This document shows, one piece after another, positions 40,337-49,908 of a stretch of 64,000 nucleotides of DNA. The stretch lies in contig CAWDSK010000006.1 of the NCBI GenBank assembly GCA_963804995.1, positions 1,312,001 through 1,376,000 on the forward strand, given 5' to 3'. Positions within the stretch are counted from its first letter, which is position 1. Every line of letters starts with the position of its first letter. Under the pieces are notes generated by a model. It did no database searches, was not told the DNA's origin, and saw only the letters and a list, made by a program, of their open reading frames with translations. The translations under genes and the position numbers were made by a program. The DNA is from an uncultured Acidobacteriota bacterium (GTDB taxonomy: Bacteria > Acidobacteriota > Terriglobia > UBA7540).

Positions 40337-40593
40337 TTTTCATCAACATAATGGCTTTACAATTATAACTAGCTTATTTTTCATAAACATCATGGGTTAG
40401 CGCAAAACTGACATTTTTTCTACATGTGTTTTCAACAACATGATGGGTTCATCCTTCATTTTTAATTCCCCCTTTTTTGCTGCACCCACTCCGGCGGATC
40501 GAACTAAGTTACTTAATTTCAAATACATAGGAGTTATGACATTTTTGCCATTTTACCGCTAAGTACTTTTGTTTTCTAATACATCATGGGTTA
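40337..40593. repeat. AT-rich array of five ~22-nt direct repeats
   Basis: TTTTCAnnAACATnATGGGTT-like at 40337, 40378, 40429, 40516 (degenerate), 40572. Confidence 0.8.
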
Positions 40594-40878
40594 GAAGGTT
40601 CTTTTCGCTCGCTTCCCAGGGTTCCATTTTGCGCTCTCGGCGAAAAAGAGATTCACCACTGAGGTCACAGAGAACACAGAGAAACAGCCTCCTGTTTCGC
40701 CCCATTTCACCAGGGCGCTTCCGTCCCCTACAATGGTAACATTTCTCGAATGGGTAATGTCAAGACAAGAACTTACGATTTGGGCTACCGGTAGCCCAAA
40801 AATGCGAGCCAGGCAGCTAATTGTCCGAGAATTTTACTGTGGTGGAAAGCCCACAGAAAGCAAAATGTATGCCCCGCC

Positions 40879-41440
40879 CTACGACCCCCTCCTGCCCCCA
40901 AGCAGGCGTTCGAAGTCTGTCTTTAGCCCGCTTACCAATTCTTCATTCACCGAGCCGCACAGGGGCACAGGATCACCCGAATTCCTCTGGAGGTAGAGCA
41001 CATACTGCGGATAGCTGACCCTCCCGGTGGGGTAAGATTCCACTTTTACGTTGAAGCCTTGAATTTCCGACCAGGGAATGACGAATTCCGGTCCGCCGCC
41101 GCGATACTTGAAGAATTGAACCTCCCCAGCGCCCTTGGGCACTTCGATGCGCGGCATGCCTCGCAAGTAGCGAATCAGGATGTACCAAAGCAGCACCGCG
41201 AAGATCCCAGTGGCATATTTGGCGTAGGTGTAGAACAGTCCTCCGTGCGGGTTGGGAAACCCATACCAGGCAAGAAAGGACAGGCCGCCGCCACCGACCA
41301 CCAGGATAAAGAGCGACGAAGAAGTACTCGCCGGGATCGAGCCGGATGACCATGCGATCCTCCAGCCGCCGCACCTGAAGGCTATTGTCGCTGCCCATCA
41401 GCCCGACATACGGTTTGGGAAGGGTTGTGATCACGGGCAT
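40879..41440 (-). CDS. hypothetical two-TM membrane protein, +1 frameshift near 41336
   Basis: Two overlapping ORFs join as ...VIRLDPASTSSSLFILVVGGGG... on removing one base. Confidence 0.6.
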
Positions 41441-41709
41441 GGATCTGCCAGGAACTTCAAGTTTCGAGCGGGCAGGATACCACACCCCCCAAGTCAGGTG
41501 TATGGCTTGGATTGTCCTTCAGGCAGGAGTCGCCAATGCTGGGAGCGTGCACGCGAAGAGCCCCGACCTGCGCGCCTCTTCCGGCAGTCCGTTCACGAGG
41601 CGGGCGGGGGCCACCTGGGAGTTCTGACCTTTACGTTTTGCGTTTGGCGATTTGACCTGTGCGTGAGGCCGAGCGCCGCTCGGCCCTACGCCACGATCGC
41701 AATGTGAGC

Positions 41710-42613
41710 CTAGAGGGCAGCGCTCTTTGACAGCAGCCCCAAACCGGCCATCACCTTTTCCAGCTTGGCGCGGTTTTCAGGTCTCATAGGGACCATGGGC
41801 AGGCGGTAAACTTCCTCGATCATGCCCAGCATGGCAAGCGCGGCCTTGACGGGAATGGGGTTGGTCTCGATAAAGTTCACCTGCATCAGGGGGAGCAGTT
41901 GCGCGTTCAGCTTGCGGGCTTCGTCGTATTTGCCATCCAGCGCCAGGTGGGTGAGCCGCACCATGGGCCCGGGGATTTCGTTCGAGACGACGGAGATGAT
42001 GCCCGCACCGCCTACGGCTACGAGCGGCAAAGTGAAAGCGTCATCACCCGAAAGCACCAGGAATCCCGGCTCGAACGGCGTTCAGCACTTCCATCTGCTG
42101 CACGATGCTTCCGGAGGCTTCTTTGATTCCGATGATATTGGGAATTTTCGAAAGCCGCCCGACCGTGGCCGGTTCAATGTTCGACGCCGTGCGCCCCGGC
42201 ACGTTGTAAAGAATCACAGGCAGGGAAGTCAATTCCGCGATGGCCTTGAAATGCTGGTAGAGACCTTCCTGCGTCGGTTTGTTGTAATAAGGCGCAACGG
42301 AAAGGAGAGCCTGCACGCCCAATCCTTTGACTTCGCGCGCCAAATCGCAAACCTTCTTCGTGTTGTTGCCACCCACTCCAGGAATGATGGGGACTTTCCC
42401 GCCGGCTTCTTCCAGCACGACGCGGATCACACCCAGGTATTCACCGTCCTCGAGCGTGGGGGTTTCGCCGGTCGTGCCGCAGGGGACCAGGAAATCGATT
42501 CCTTCGCGAAGCTGAAACTGTACGAGCCGCCGCAGCGCCGGTTCATCCACGGAACCGTCTTTGCGAAAAGGCGTGACGAGTGCCGTACCACATCCACGAA
42601 TTGCGAGACTCAT
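41710..42613 (-). CDS. dapA: 4-hydroxy-tetrahydrodipicolinate synthase, +1 frameshift at 42069-42076
   Basis: CGTTGE, PYYNKP, YNVPGRT, IKEASG / LSGDD, ETNPIPVK. Confidence 0.95.
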
Positions 42614-42630
42614 GAGATGACCTCCAAGAC

Positions 42631-43338
42631 CTAGCTGCCTGCTCCTAGCTCCAAGATTTCCGCGAAACTGTAGAACCCCTTCTTGCCCACCACCCAGCGT
42701 GCTGCGTAAAGCGCGCCCTCGGCAAAACCCTGGCGGCCACGCGCCGTGTGGCGAAGAACGACCGTATCCGCCTCCGAGTCAAAACCCAGCTCATGGGTGC
42801 CGGGAATGTAACCGGCGCGCACACTGGCCACAGGGATATCGCGGTCCGCAAAGTAAGGCTGGATCTGCCGAGCAACTTCGAGCGCCGTGCCCGACGGGGC
42901 GTCCTTCTTCATCTTGTGATGAGACTCGGTGAGGAAGGGATCGTACATGGGGAAGGGCGCGAAGATTTGCGCGGCCGCGCGCGCCAGGCGGTAGAACAAG
43001 TTCACACCGATGGAAAAATTGGGGGCATACACCATGCCGACGCCCGCCTGCTCAATCACCTTGCGGACCTCCGCCTGGTGCTTGTGCCAGCCGGTGGTGC
43101 CGACCACCAGGTTCACACCCAAGGCGGCGACGCGGTGAACGTTCTCAACCACGGCGTCAGACACGGTGAAATCCACGCACACGTCGATGCCTTTGAACTT
43201 TTCGCGCGTGATGCCATGGCCTTTGGCGTTGACATCAATATCCATCACGAGACGCACTTCGAAGCCGCGCTGCGGCGCAAGTTGCGCCAGCGCCTTGCCC
43301 ATTTTCCCGTAACCGAGGATGGCGAGGTTTATCATCAT
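42631..43338 (-). CDS. dapB: 4-hydroxy-tetrahydrodipicolinate reductase
   Basis: GYGKMG, VGTTG, HHKMKKDAPSGTA. Confidence 0.95.
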   Translation of the reverse strand: MMINLAILGYGKMGKALAQLAPQRGFEVRLVMDIDVNAKGHGITREKFKGIDVCVDFTVSDAVVENVHRVAALGVNLVVGTTGWHKHQAEVRKVIEQAGVGMVYAPNFSIGVNLFYRLARAAAQIFAPFPMYDPFLTESHHKMKKDAPSGTALEVARQIQPYFADRDIPVASVRAGYIPGTHELGFDSEADTVVLRHTARGRQGFAEGALYAARWVVGKKGFYSFAEILELGAGS

Positions 43339-43352
43339 TCACCGCCGGGGCG

Positions 43353-43897
43353 GATTCACCGCAGAGGCGCGGAGGCGCTGAGAAATGCTCTTACAGGAAT
43401 TCCCTGTTGCATTGGCTATTTCCCATGAGCTTCATCGCTACTATCGTCTCCGCCTCGTTCCGAGCCCTCATCAAAGTGATTCACAATTCTTTTGATCCCG
43501 CGTCGCAGCACGGGAACATTGAAATTGATCAACAGGCCCACCGTTAAACCCGAAAGCTTCAAATACGTCAAGAGTTGGGCCTCATGGATGGGCGCCAACG
43601 CCTCAACAGATTTGAGTTCTACGACCAGCTTGTTCTCAACCACAACGTCCAAGCGATAGCCACAGTCCAGTCGGACACCCTTGTAGGCAACTGGAAGCGA
43701 CCTCTGGCGCTCAAATCCCAGACCCGCCAAACGCAACTCGTGGCACAAACATTCTTCGTAAGCTGATTCGAGCAACCCTGGACCGAGGGTTTTGTGGATC
43801 TCTATGCAGGCCCCGATGACCCGCTCGGTCAGTTGGTTGATCTGCATGGCATCCGTTCATCTTACTTCTCAGCGCCTCAGCGCCTCTGCGGTGAATC
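43353..43897. mobile_element. GxxExxY cassette bounded by 32-bp inverted repeats
   Basis: 43353-43384 versus 43866-43897, 31/32 complementary; mobility is inferred. Confidence 0.65.
43416..43847 (-). CDS. GxxExxY protein (PD-(D/E)XK nuclease-like)
   Basis: [37 protein letters not shown]. Confidence 0.93.
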   Translation of the reverse strand: MQINQLTERVIGACIEIHKTLGPGLLESAYEECLCHELRLAGLGFERQRSLPVAYKGVRLDCGYRLDVVVENKLVVELKSVEALAPIHEAQLLTYLKLSGLTVGLLINFNVPVLRRGIKRIVNHFDEGSERGGDDSSDEAHGK

Positions 43898-44945
43898 AGC
43901 CCAAGTACCCTTCCGACTTCATCAGTTCCGCATTGAGCAGGGCTGCACCCGCGGCGCCGCGGATGGTATTGTGGCTGAGCGCGATATATTTGAACTGCAG
44001 CACCGGGCACTCACGCACCCGGCCCACCACGGTTGCCATGCCATGCTCAGCGTTCACATCGAATTTCGGCTGGGGCCGGTCCCGCTCCTCGCGCACAATA
44101 ATGGGATGCTTCGGCGCGGAAGGCAAGGCCCGTTCCTGCGGCAGGGAGCGATAGGCGCGCCAAGCCTCCAGGAGGTCCGGGATAGTGGCTTTGGTCTTGA
44201 GCGACACGGAGATGGTCTCCGTGTGACCGTCTTCCACCGGCACGCGGTTGCAATGCGCGCTGACCGCAAAGTCACCCATCTTCACCTGGCCATCCACCAA
44301 CTTGCCCAGAAGCCGGCGGGTTTCGCGCTCAACCTTTTCTTCTTCGCCGCCAATATAGGGAATGACGTTGCCCAGGATGTCGAGCGTCGGCACGCCGGGA
44401 TAGCCGGCGCCAGAAACCGCCTGCATGCTGGTCATCAAAACCTTCTCGAGCCCAAAGGTATGTTCAAGCGGCGCAAGCGACATCACCAGCCCCACGGTAG
44501 TGCAATTGGGGTTGGTGACAATCATGCCCTTCCAGCCGCGCTGCTTCCGCTGCTCTCGGACCAGCGCCAGGTGGTCCGGGTTAACGTCGGAAACCAGGAG
44601 CGGCACATCCTTCTCCATGCGGTAGTTCGAGGAATTTGAGACCACCACATGGCCGGCCTGTGCGAATTCCTTCTCCACTTCCCCCGCCACCTTGGAATCA
44701 AGCGAAGAAAAGATCAAGGGCGGGGCGCCCGCGGGCTTGCACTCGTGCACGGAGAGCTCCCGCGCGTATTTGGGCAAAGCCTCGCGCAGGCGCCAATTGC
44801 ATGCATCCGCGTAAGTTTTGCCCGCCGACCTTTCTGAGGCGGCGAGCCATTTGAGTTCGAACCAGGGATGATGCTCGAGCAGGCTCACAAACCGCTGCCC
44901 GACCATTCCCGTAGCTCCCAAAATGCCAACTTCAAGCTTCTTCAT
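43896..44945 (-). CDS. asd: aspartate-semialdehyde dehydrogenase
   Basis: GATGMVGQ, TNPNCT, QAVSGAGY, HNTIRGAAG. Confidence 0.95.
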   Translation of the reverse strand: MKKLEVGILGATGMVGQRFVSLLEHHPWFELKWLAASERSAGKTYADACNWRLREALPKYARELSVHECKPAGAPPLIFSSLDSKVAGEVEKEFAQAGHVVVSNSSNYRMEKDVPLLVSDVNPDHLALVREQRKQRGWKGMIVTNPNCTTVGLVMSLAPLEHTFGLEKVLMTSMQAVSGAGYPGVPTLDILGNVIPYIGGEEEKVERETRRLLGKLVDGQVKMGDFAVSAHCNRVPVEDGHTETISVSLKTKATIPDLLEAWRAYRSLPQERALPSAPKHPIIVREERDRPQPKFDVNAEHGMATVVGRVRECPVLQFKYIALSHNTIRGAAGAALLNAELMKSEGYLG

Positions 44946-45000
44946 GACCCTCACTAGGGCGGATTGAATCCGCCTTTACCTTTCTGCCCCCGGATTATTT

Positions 45001-45126
45001 TAGCAGGCTGATGAAAAACGACGTAGCGGCGGGTTTACCCCGCCATCCGCGGTTGAAATCGTTGGCGATATGGCGGGGTAAACCCGCCGCTTCGTCGCAC
45101 CGTAAGGGTTTTTCAACAGCCTGCTA
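45001..45126. repeat. MITE-like shell enclosing a GTAG REP pair
   Basis: TAGCAGGCTGATGAAAAA / TTTTTCAACAGCCTGCTA ends; inner GGCGGGTTTACCCCGCCAT..ATGGCGGGGTAAACCCGCC. Confidence 0.85.
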
Positions 45127-45224
45127 GATGTTGGATTCCAGTCAGCGATGCCGCGTTTAAGCGGTGGGCCATAAGAACGGATAATCAGAGAGGAAAAACC
45201 AGCTTTCCTGGATCCAAAATCAAT

Positions 45225-46214
45225 TCATGACTTCAAGTCACGGACCAAACGGCAATAGAGCTCGACCGCCGCCAGCAGGTCGGCCTTGCGCACGCACTCG
45301 CGCTCCGTATGCGCCACAGAAATCGAGCCCGGCCCCAGCAACAGCGGCCGCCCCCAATTCCCGAGCGAGGGCAAGTCAGTGGTAAACGCCACCACGTCCG
45401 TTTCGTACCCCTCGAGCTTTTCCATCAGGAGCAACGGCGTGTCGCGCACGAACTCAAATTCGCAGCGGCCTCCAATAATTTCCGTAATCCTCCGGCGCAG
45501 CGGCTCGGATTCCTCAACCATGCGGATCAGGATCTGCACGTGGGCTTCATCGGGCACGACATTGGCAGCGCGTCCTCCGGCGATCACTCCGATGTTCATC
45601 GTCGAAGGACCCAGCACCGGGCTGACCGGCAAGGTGAGCTTGCGCAAGTCTGCCAGCACATCCAGCAGCTTTTCGATGGCATTCACACCCAGATGCGGAT
45701 AGGCGGAATGCGCCATCTTCCCACGCGCCCGCAGATCCAGCCGCAGGATGCCCTTGGTTCCGATGACCAACTTGTTCTCGGTGGGCTCGCCATTGATGAT
45801 GTATCGCGCGCCCTGCGGATGCAGGTTGGCCTCGCGTGCGCCGTCGCTGACGGTCTCTTCCCCCACCAGGAAAAGCAGGGCGAAATCCGTCACGCCCTCC
45901 TGTTTCAGACGCTCTGCGGCCACTAACTGCGCAGCCACGATCCCCTTGGCATCGCACGACCCACGACCGTAAATGCATTCCGCGTCCTCGTGCGCAGGCG
46001 CGAAAGGAGGCACGGTATCCAGGTGCGTGCTCAGCACCACGTCCGGCTTCCCCCAACAGGCGAACACATTCGACCGGTCGCGCGAAACGGGCATCAATTC
46101 TGCCTGAAAACCCAGTTGCGCAAGGTAGTCCTTAACGAACCCGGCGCAAACTTTCTCGTGACCGGTGACCGATGCCATGTTGACCAGGCACTTTGTCAGT
46201 TCGAAAAGATCCAT
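45225..46214 (-). CDS. M20 family metallohydrolase (ArgE/DapE-like)
   Basis: STHLDTVPP, GRGSCDAKG, GEE, GEPT, AHTERE; heads the dap operon. Confidence 0.88.
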   Translation of the reverse strand: MDLFELTKCLVNMASVTGHEKVCAGFVKDYLAQLGFQAELMPVSRDRSNVFACWGKPDVVLSTHLDTVPPFAPAHEDAECIYGRGSCDAKGIVAAQLVAAERLKQEGVTDFALLFLVGEETVSDGAREANLHPQGARYIINGEPTENKLVIGTKGILRLDLRARGKMAHSAYPHLGVNAIEKLLDVLADLRKLTLPVSPVLGPSTMNIGVIAGGRAANVVPDEAHVQILIRMVEESEPLRRRITEIIGGRCEFEFVRDTPLLLMEKLEGYETDVVAFTTDLPSLGNWGRPLLLGPGSISVAHTERECVRKADLLAAVELYCRLVRDLKS

Positions 46215-46536
46215 GGGAAAGCCCAATTTAGACCGTCACCGAAGGGGGCGTGCGCTCACCGTTCGGGAACAATTCTGGGATCATGACCAACCGTAAGACG
46301 TTAGCCTACTACTGAAAACAGCGTCAAGCCCAAATCACGCGTCAAGCCCTGAGCGTGGCAGGTGGACCGTGTCCCACTTAGAACCATCTCGCTATTGCTC
46401 AATACTTAAACCAAAGCCCTGTGGAAGTGCAACCAACCCCCGCGTCGAAGCATCCCCTTAATGCTCGCATTTGGACTTGGAGAGTGCTAGAATTAGGGCT
46501 AGTGCGAGGCAATTGGGTTCCGTTGCAGGAGACCAC

Positions 46537-47076
46537 ATGCGCCGCCGGTGCCTTGTCATCCTTCTTCTCAGTCTTTCGTTCCTTCTTGTGTCTGCTCCCG
46601 TCTTCGCCCAGCGGGGGGGGACTGGTAGCGCTGCCCGGTCTCTTAGCGCTGGTCGCTCGTATGGAGGCTACGGCGGCTATGGCGGTTACGGGTATGGTGG
46701 CTACTCTTTCTACCCCACGTACAACTCGCCCCTGTCAGTCCCGCCCAACTACTGGTGGGTCAGCCCCTATCCCAGTGAAAACCCGTGCCAAGCCGGCTGC
46801 AATCCCAATTCTGGATACGAATGGGATAGCGTCGGGGCGCTAATCCTCGACACAAACCCACCTCAGGCGCGCGTTTCTCTGGATGGCACCTATGCGGGCA
46901 CCACCGACAAGCTTGGTCCCTTCCAACTTCCCGTCGGCGAGCACACCCTGCACATCGAAGCGCCGGGTTTCGAACCCTCCGACGTCATCGTCAAGTTCGA
47001 CAAACCGGGCGTCCAAAGCCTGAAGGTCGAACTGAAGCGTCTGACCGCTTTTGCCAAGCCCGCCCCACGCCAGTAG
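46537..47076 (+). CDS. PEGA domain exported protein
   Basis: Signal peptide, GY-rich linker, ARVSLDG...LPVGEHTL...PGF. Confidence 0.8.
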   Translation: MRRRCLVILLLSLSFLLVSAPVFAQRGGTGSAARSLSAGRSYGGYGGYGGYGYGGYSFYPTYNSPLSVPPNYWWVSPYPSENPCQAGCNPNSGYEWDSVGALILDTNPPQARVSLDGTYAGTTDKLGPFQLPVGEHTLHIEAPGFEPSDVIVKFDKPGVQSLKVELKRLTAFAKPAPRQ

Positions 47077-47234
47077 CTTGCCCTCACTTCTTTTGCACTG
47101 AACCCACCAGCTAAAATCGAGGTGTACTTCCGGGTTAGCGGCTTGCCCGCTTGCGGTAGAATGGCAGGCGGAAGATTCGGGCTGCAATTCAAGCAGAGTC
47201 AATCGTTAGCCAAAGTCGTCGCGTTGGAGGTCCT

Positions 47235-48581
47235 ATGCCACCCAAAGCCAACCCCGCGAACCGGCGGGGATTCTTGAAACTTGCCGGAGCGGCAGCGCTC
47301 ACGGACCCGGCGCTCGCCAAAGGCCGGGCTCCGGGATCGGCATCACTCCCTGCACCCACACTGGGCCTGCCGCCACTTAAGATTACTGACGTGCGCGTCA
47401 TCGTCACCTGCCCCGGCCGCAATTACGTGCTGGTCAAGATTCTGACGAGCGAGCCGGGGCTTTACGGCGTGGGCGACGCCACGCTCAATGGGCGAGAATT
47501 GGCCGTGGCGACGACGCTCGAAAAACATCTGGCGCCGCTGCTCATCGGGCGCGACCCCGAAGCCATCGAGGACATTTGGCAGTACCTCTATCGTGGCCCC
47601 TACTGGCGCGGCGGCCCGGTGCAGATGACGGCGCTCGCCGGGATCGATCTGGCCCTCTGGGACATCAAGGGCAAGCGCGCGGGGATGCCCGTCTATCAGT
47701 TGCTGGGCGGACGCACTCGCCACGGAGCGCTAGCTTACACGCACACCAACGGCAAAGATTTTTCGGAGGTTGAAGACGCGGCGCGGCACGCCATGGAACG
47801 CGGCTTCAAGGCGGTGCGCGCGCAGGTGGCCATTCCGGGCCTGGAAGGAACCTATGGCATCGCCGCCATGGGCGGAATCCTGCACCAATCCGACTTGCCG
47901 GAGACTGAAACTTTTGAGCCCGGACCCTACCTGCGCACCGTGCCCCGGCTCTTCGAGCACCTGCGCAAAGCCTTGGGAGATGAAGTCGAGCTGCTGCACG
48001 ACGTCCACGAAAAACTCGGACCGGTGGAGGCAGCGCGCCTGGCGAAAGAACTTGAACCCTCCCACCTGTTCTTTCTCGAAGACCCGCTGCGCCCCGAATA
48101 CAAGGAGAGCTTCCGCCTGATCCGCCAGCACTCCACCACACCCATCGCCATGGGAGAGCTCTTCAATACGCTGTGGGATTGCGTGGACCTGATCAAAGAA
48201 CAGTTGATTGATTTCATCCGCTGCGACCTGGGGCACATCGGAGGCATTACCAATGCGCGCAAAGTGGCCGCGCTGGCCGAAGCTTTTCAGGTGAAAACCG
48301 CGTGGCACGGCCCCGGCGATATCGCTCCACCGACGCACGCCGCGAATGTCCATGTGGATGTTTCCATTCCTAATTTCGGCATCCAGGAGATGGTGTTCTT
48401 CTCCGACCCGGCGAGCGAGGTCATGCCCGGCGCCCCGGAATTCAAAGATGGCTACATGATGGTCAGCGACAAGCCCGGCCTTGGAACCGATGTGAATGAG
48501 GAATTGGCCAAGAGGTATCCGTACAAGCGCGCGTATCTGCCCACGGCGCGGCGAAGAGATGGGAGCGTGCAGGATTGGTAG
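47235..48581 (+). CDS. enolase-superfamily sugar-acid dehydratase (ManD/RspA-like) with Tat signal
   Basis: NRRGFLK; VTCPGRN, GDATLNGRE, YWRGGP, HDVH, FLED, GGIT. Confidence 0.9.
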   Translation: MPPKANPANRRGFLKLAGAAALTDPALAKGRAPGSASLPAPTLGLPPLKITDVRVIVTCPGRNYVLVKILTSEPGLYGVGDATLNGRELAVATTLEKHLAPLLIGRDPEAIEDIWQYLYRGPYWRGGPVQMTALAGIDLALWDIKGKRAGMPVYQLLGGRTRHGALAYTHTNGKDFSEVEDAARHAMERGFKAVRAQVAIPGLEGTYGIAAMGGILHQSDLPETETFEPGPYLRTVPRLFEHLRKALGDEVELLHDVHEKLGPVEAARLAKELEPSHLFFLEDPLRPEYKESFRLIRQHSTTPIAMGELFNTLWDCVDLIKEQLIDFIRCDLGHIGGITNARKVAALAEAFQVKTAWHGPGDIAPPTHAANVHVDVSIPNFGIQEMVFFSDPASEVMPGAPEFKDGYMMVSDKPGLGTDVNEELAKRYPYKRAYLPTARRRDGSVQDW

Positions 48582-48628
48582 GGTGGATTAGTCCGCGAGT
48601 GTCGTACGATGCTGCTGGAAGACACCTA

Positions 48629-49169
48629 CAAACCAAAAGGCAAAGGGCAAATGTCAAAAGGCAAATGTAGATAGTACAGTGCGTATGGTCCGTAAAGGTA
48701 TGGAGGTTAAGTGGCAGAACAACGGAAGATCGGTGAGCGGTTGCTCGATTACAGCGCGCGAGTGATAAAGCTAGTAGATACTCTGCCAAAGACCCTGGTG
48801 GGAAGACGCATCGCGGACCAGTTACTTCGTAGCGCTATGTCCGCCGGCGCTAACTATGAAGAAGCTCAGGGTGCGGAATCCAAGGACGATTTCACTCATA
48901 AACTGCAGATTGCGCTCAAGGAGCTTCGCGAGTCGGGCTATTGGCTGCAATTACTTGTGCGATCCGGTAAAATCCCCATCAAAAAAATGCATCCACTCCT
49001 TGATGAATCGGATCAGTTGCGCTCGATGATATCCAAAGCGGTTGCCACGGCTAAAGGAAAGGCCAAGGCCCCGAATGAGAATCCCTAGAATGGCTCGCCC
49101 GAGACCCTTGCCCCCCGCGCAAATCGGTACCTTTTGCCTTTTGCCATTTGCCCTTTGCCTTTTGGTTTG
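48629..49169. mobile_element. four-helix-bundle cassette 1 bounded by ~40-bp inverted AAAAGGC heptamer arms
   Basis: 48629-48669 and 49128-49169 are near-perfect reverse complements; mobility is inferred. Confidence 0.65.
48711..49088 (+). CDS. four helix bundle protein (23S rRNA IVP/Avd-like family)
   Basis: QLLRSAMSAGANYEEA..AESKDDF.HKL.IALKE.RES.YWL. Confidence 0.92.
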   Translation: MAEQRKIGERLLDYSARVIKLVDTLPKTLVGRRIADQLLRSAMSAGANYEEAQGAESKDDFTHKLQIALKELRESGYWLQLLVRSGKIPIKKMHPLLDESDQLRSMISKAVATAKGKAKAPNENP

Positions 49170-49899
49170 CTTTTCACCCTCCTTCGCCGTTCCGCTTTCC
49201 CAAACGGAGAAACTAAAGCCTCCCCCGCAAGACGACCGCGTTTTACAAGCGGTCGTGCAGCTTGTGTCTGTCGGTCCTGCAAACCAGCAGCAGAATCGCG
49301 CCTGCTCGGCCACGGCCTTCCTGATTGATGAACAGGGCTATCTGATTACCAATGCGCACGTGGTGGAAGACGCCAAGCGGTGCCTGGAAAAAGCGCCAGG
49401 GGCGAAGATTCTCGCCAAGCTGGCCATTACTGACTCACGAACTGCGAAGGCGGTTCCGTGCGAGGTGATCGGAATCGACGCCGCCAACGATTTGGCTCTG
49501 CTCAAGACCGAGCGGCCACTGGTTGTGAACCCGGGTGGCAAGCCAGTTTATGCCTTGCTTGATAGGCGCGAAGTGGCCGTAGGAATTGCAGTGAGGGTCA
49601 GCGGCTATCCGGCATTTTCATGGCAAGCGGTTACGCAGGCAGGCCACGTCAGATGGCGAGGCAGAACGCGGCTCGATGAAAACAATTCCTCTCTCCGCAA
49701 CTCCAGCGATGCTTTGGATATCGATATCCACCTGCGCCCGGGAAACAGTGGCAGCCCCGTGTATCGTCCCGGGGGCGGGGTGGTCGCAGTGGTTGACATG
49801 AGGAATTCCCTGCAGCCCTCACACTCTGTGGCCGTGGCGATTCACTACGCCATTGAGCTTGCGGAACGCTTCGGTGCGCCGTGGCAAGGCATAGATTAA
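49090..49899 (+). CDS. trypsin-like (S1) serine protease
   Basis: TNAHVV, DLALL, GNSGSP triad; start uncertain (49075 or 49090). Confidence 0.88.
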   Translation: MARPRPLPPAQIGTFCLLPFALCLLVCFSPSFAVPLSQTEKLKPPPQDDRVLQAVVQLVSVGPANQQQNRACSATAFLIDEQGYLITNAHVVEDAKRCLEKAPGAKILAKLAITDSRTAKAVPCEVIGIDAANDLALLKTERPLVVNPGGKPVYALLDRREVAVGIAVRVSGYPAFSWQAVTQAGHVRWRGRTRLDENNSSLRNSSDALDIDIHLRPGNSGSPVYRPGGGVVAVVDMRNSLQPSHSVAVAIHYAIELAERFGAPWQGID

Positions 49900-49908
49900 G
49901 ACCCACCG

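Noticed and set aside
40337..40593. CRISPR array or replication origin
   Set aside because: Degenerate repeats, irregular spacing, no cas, rep or dnaA context.
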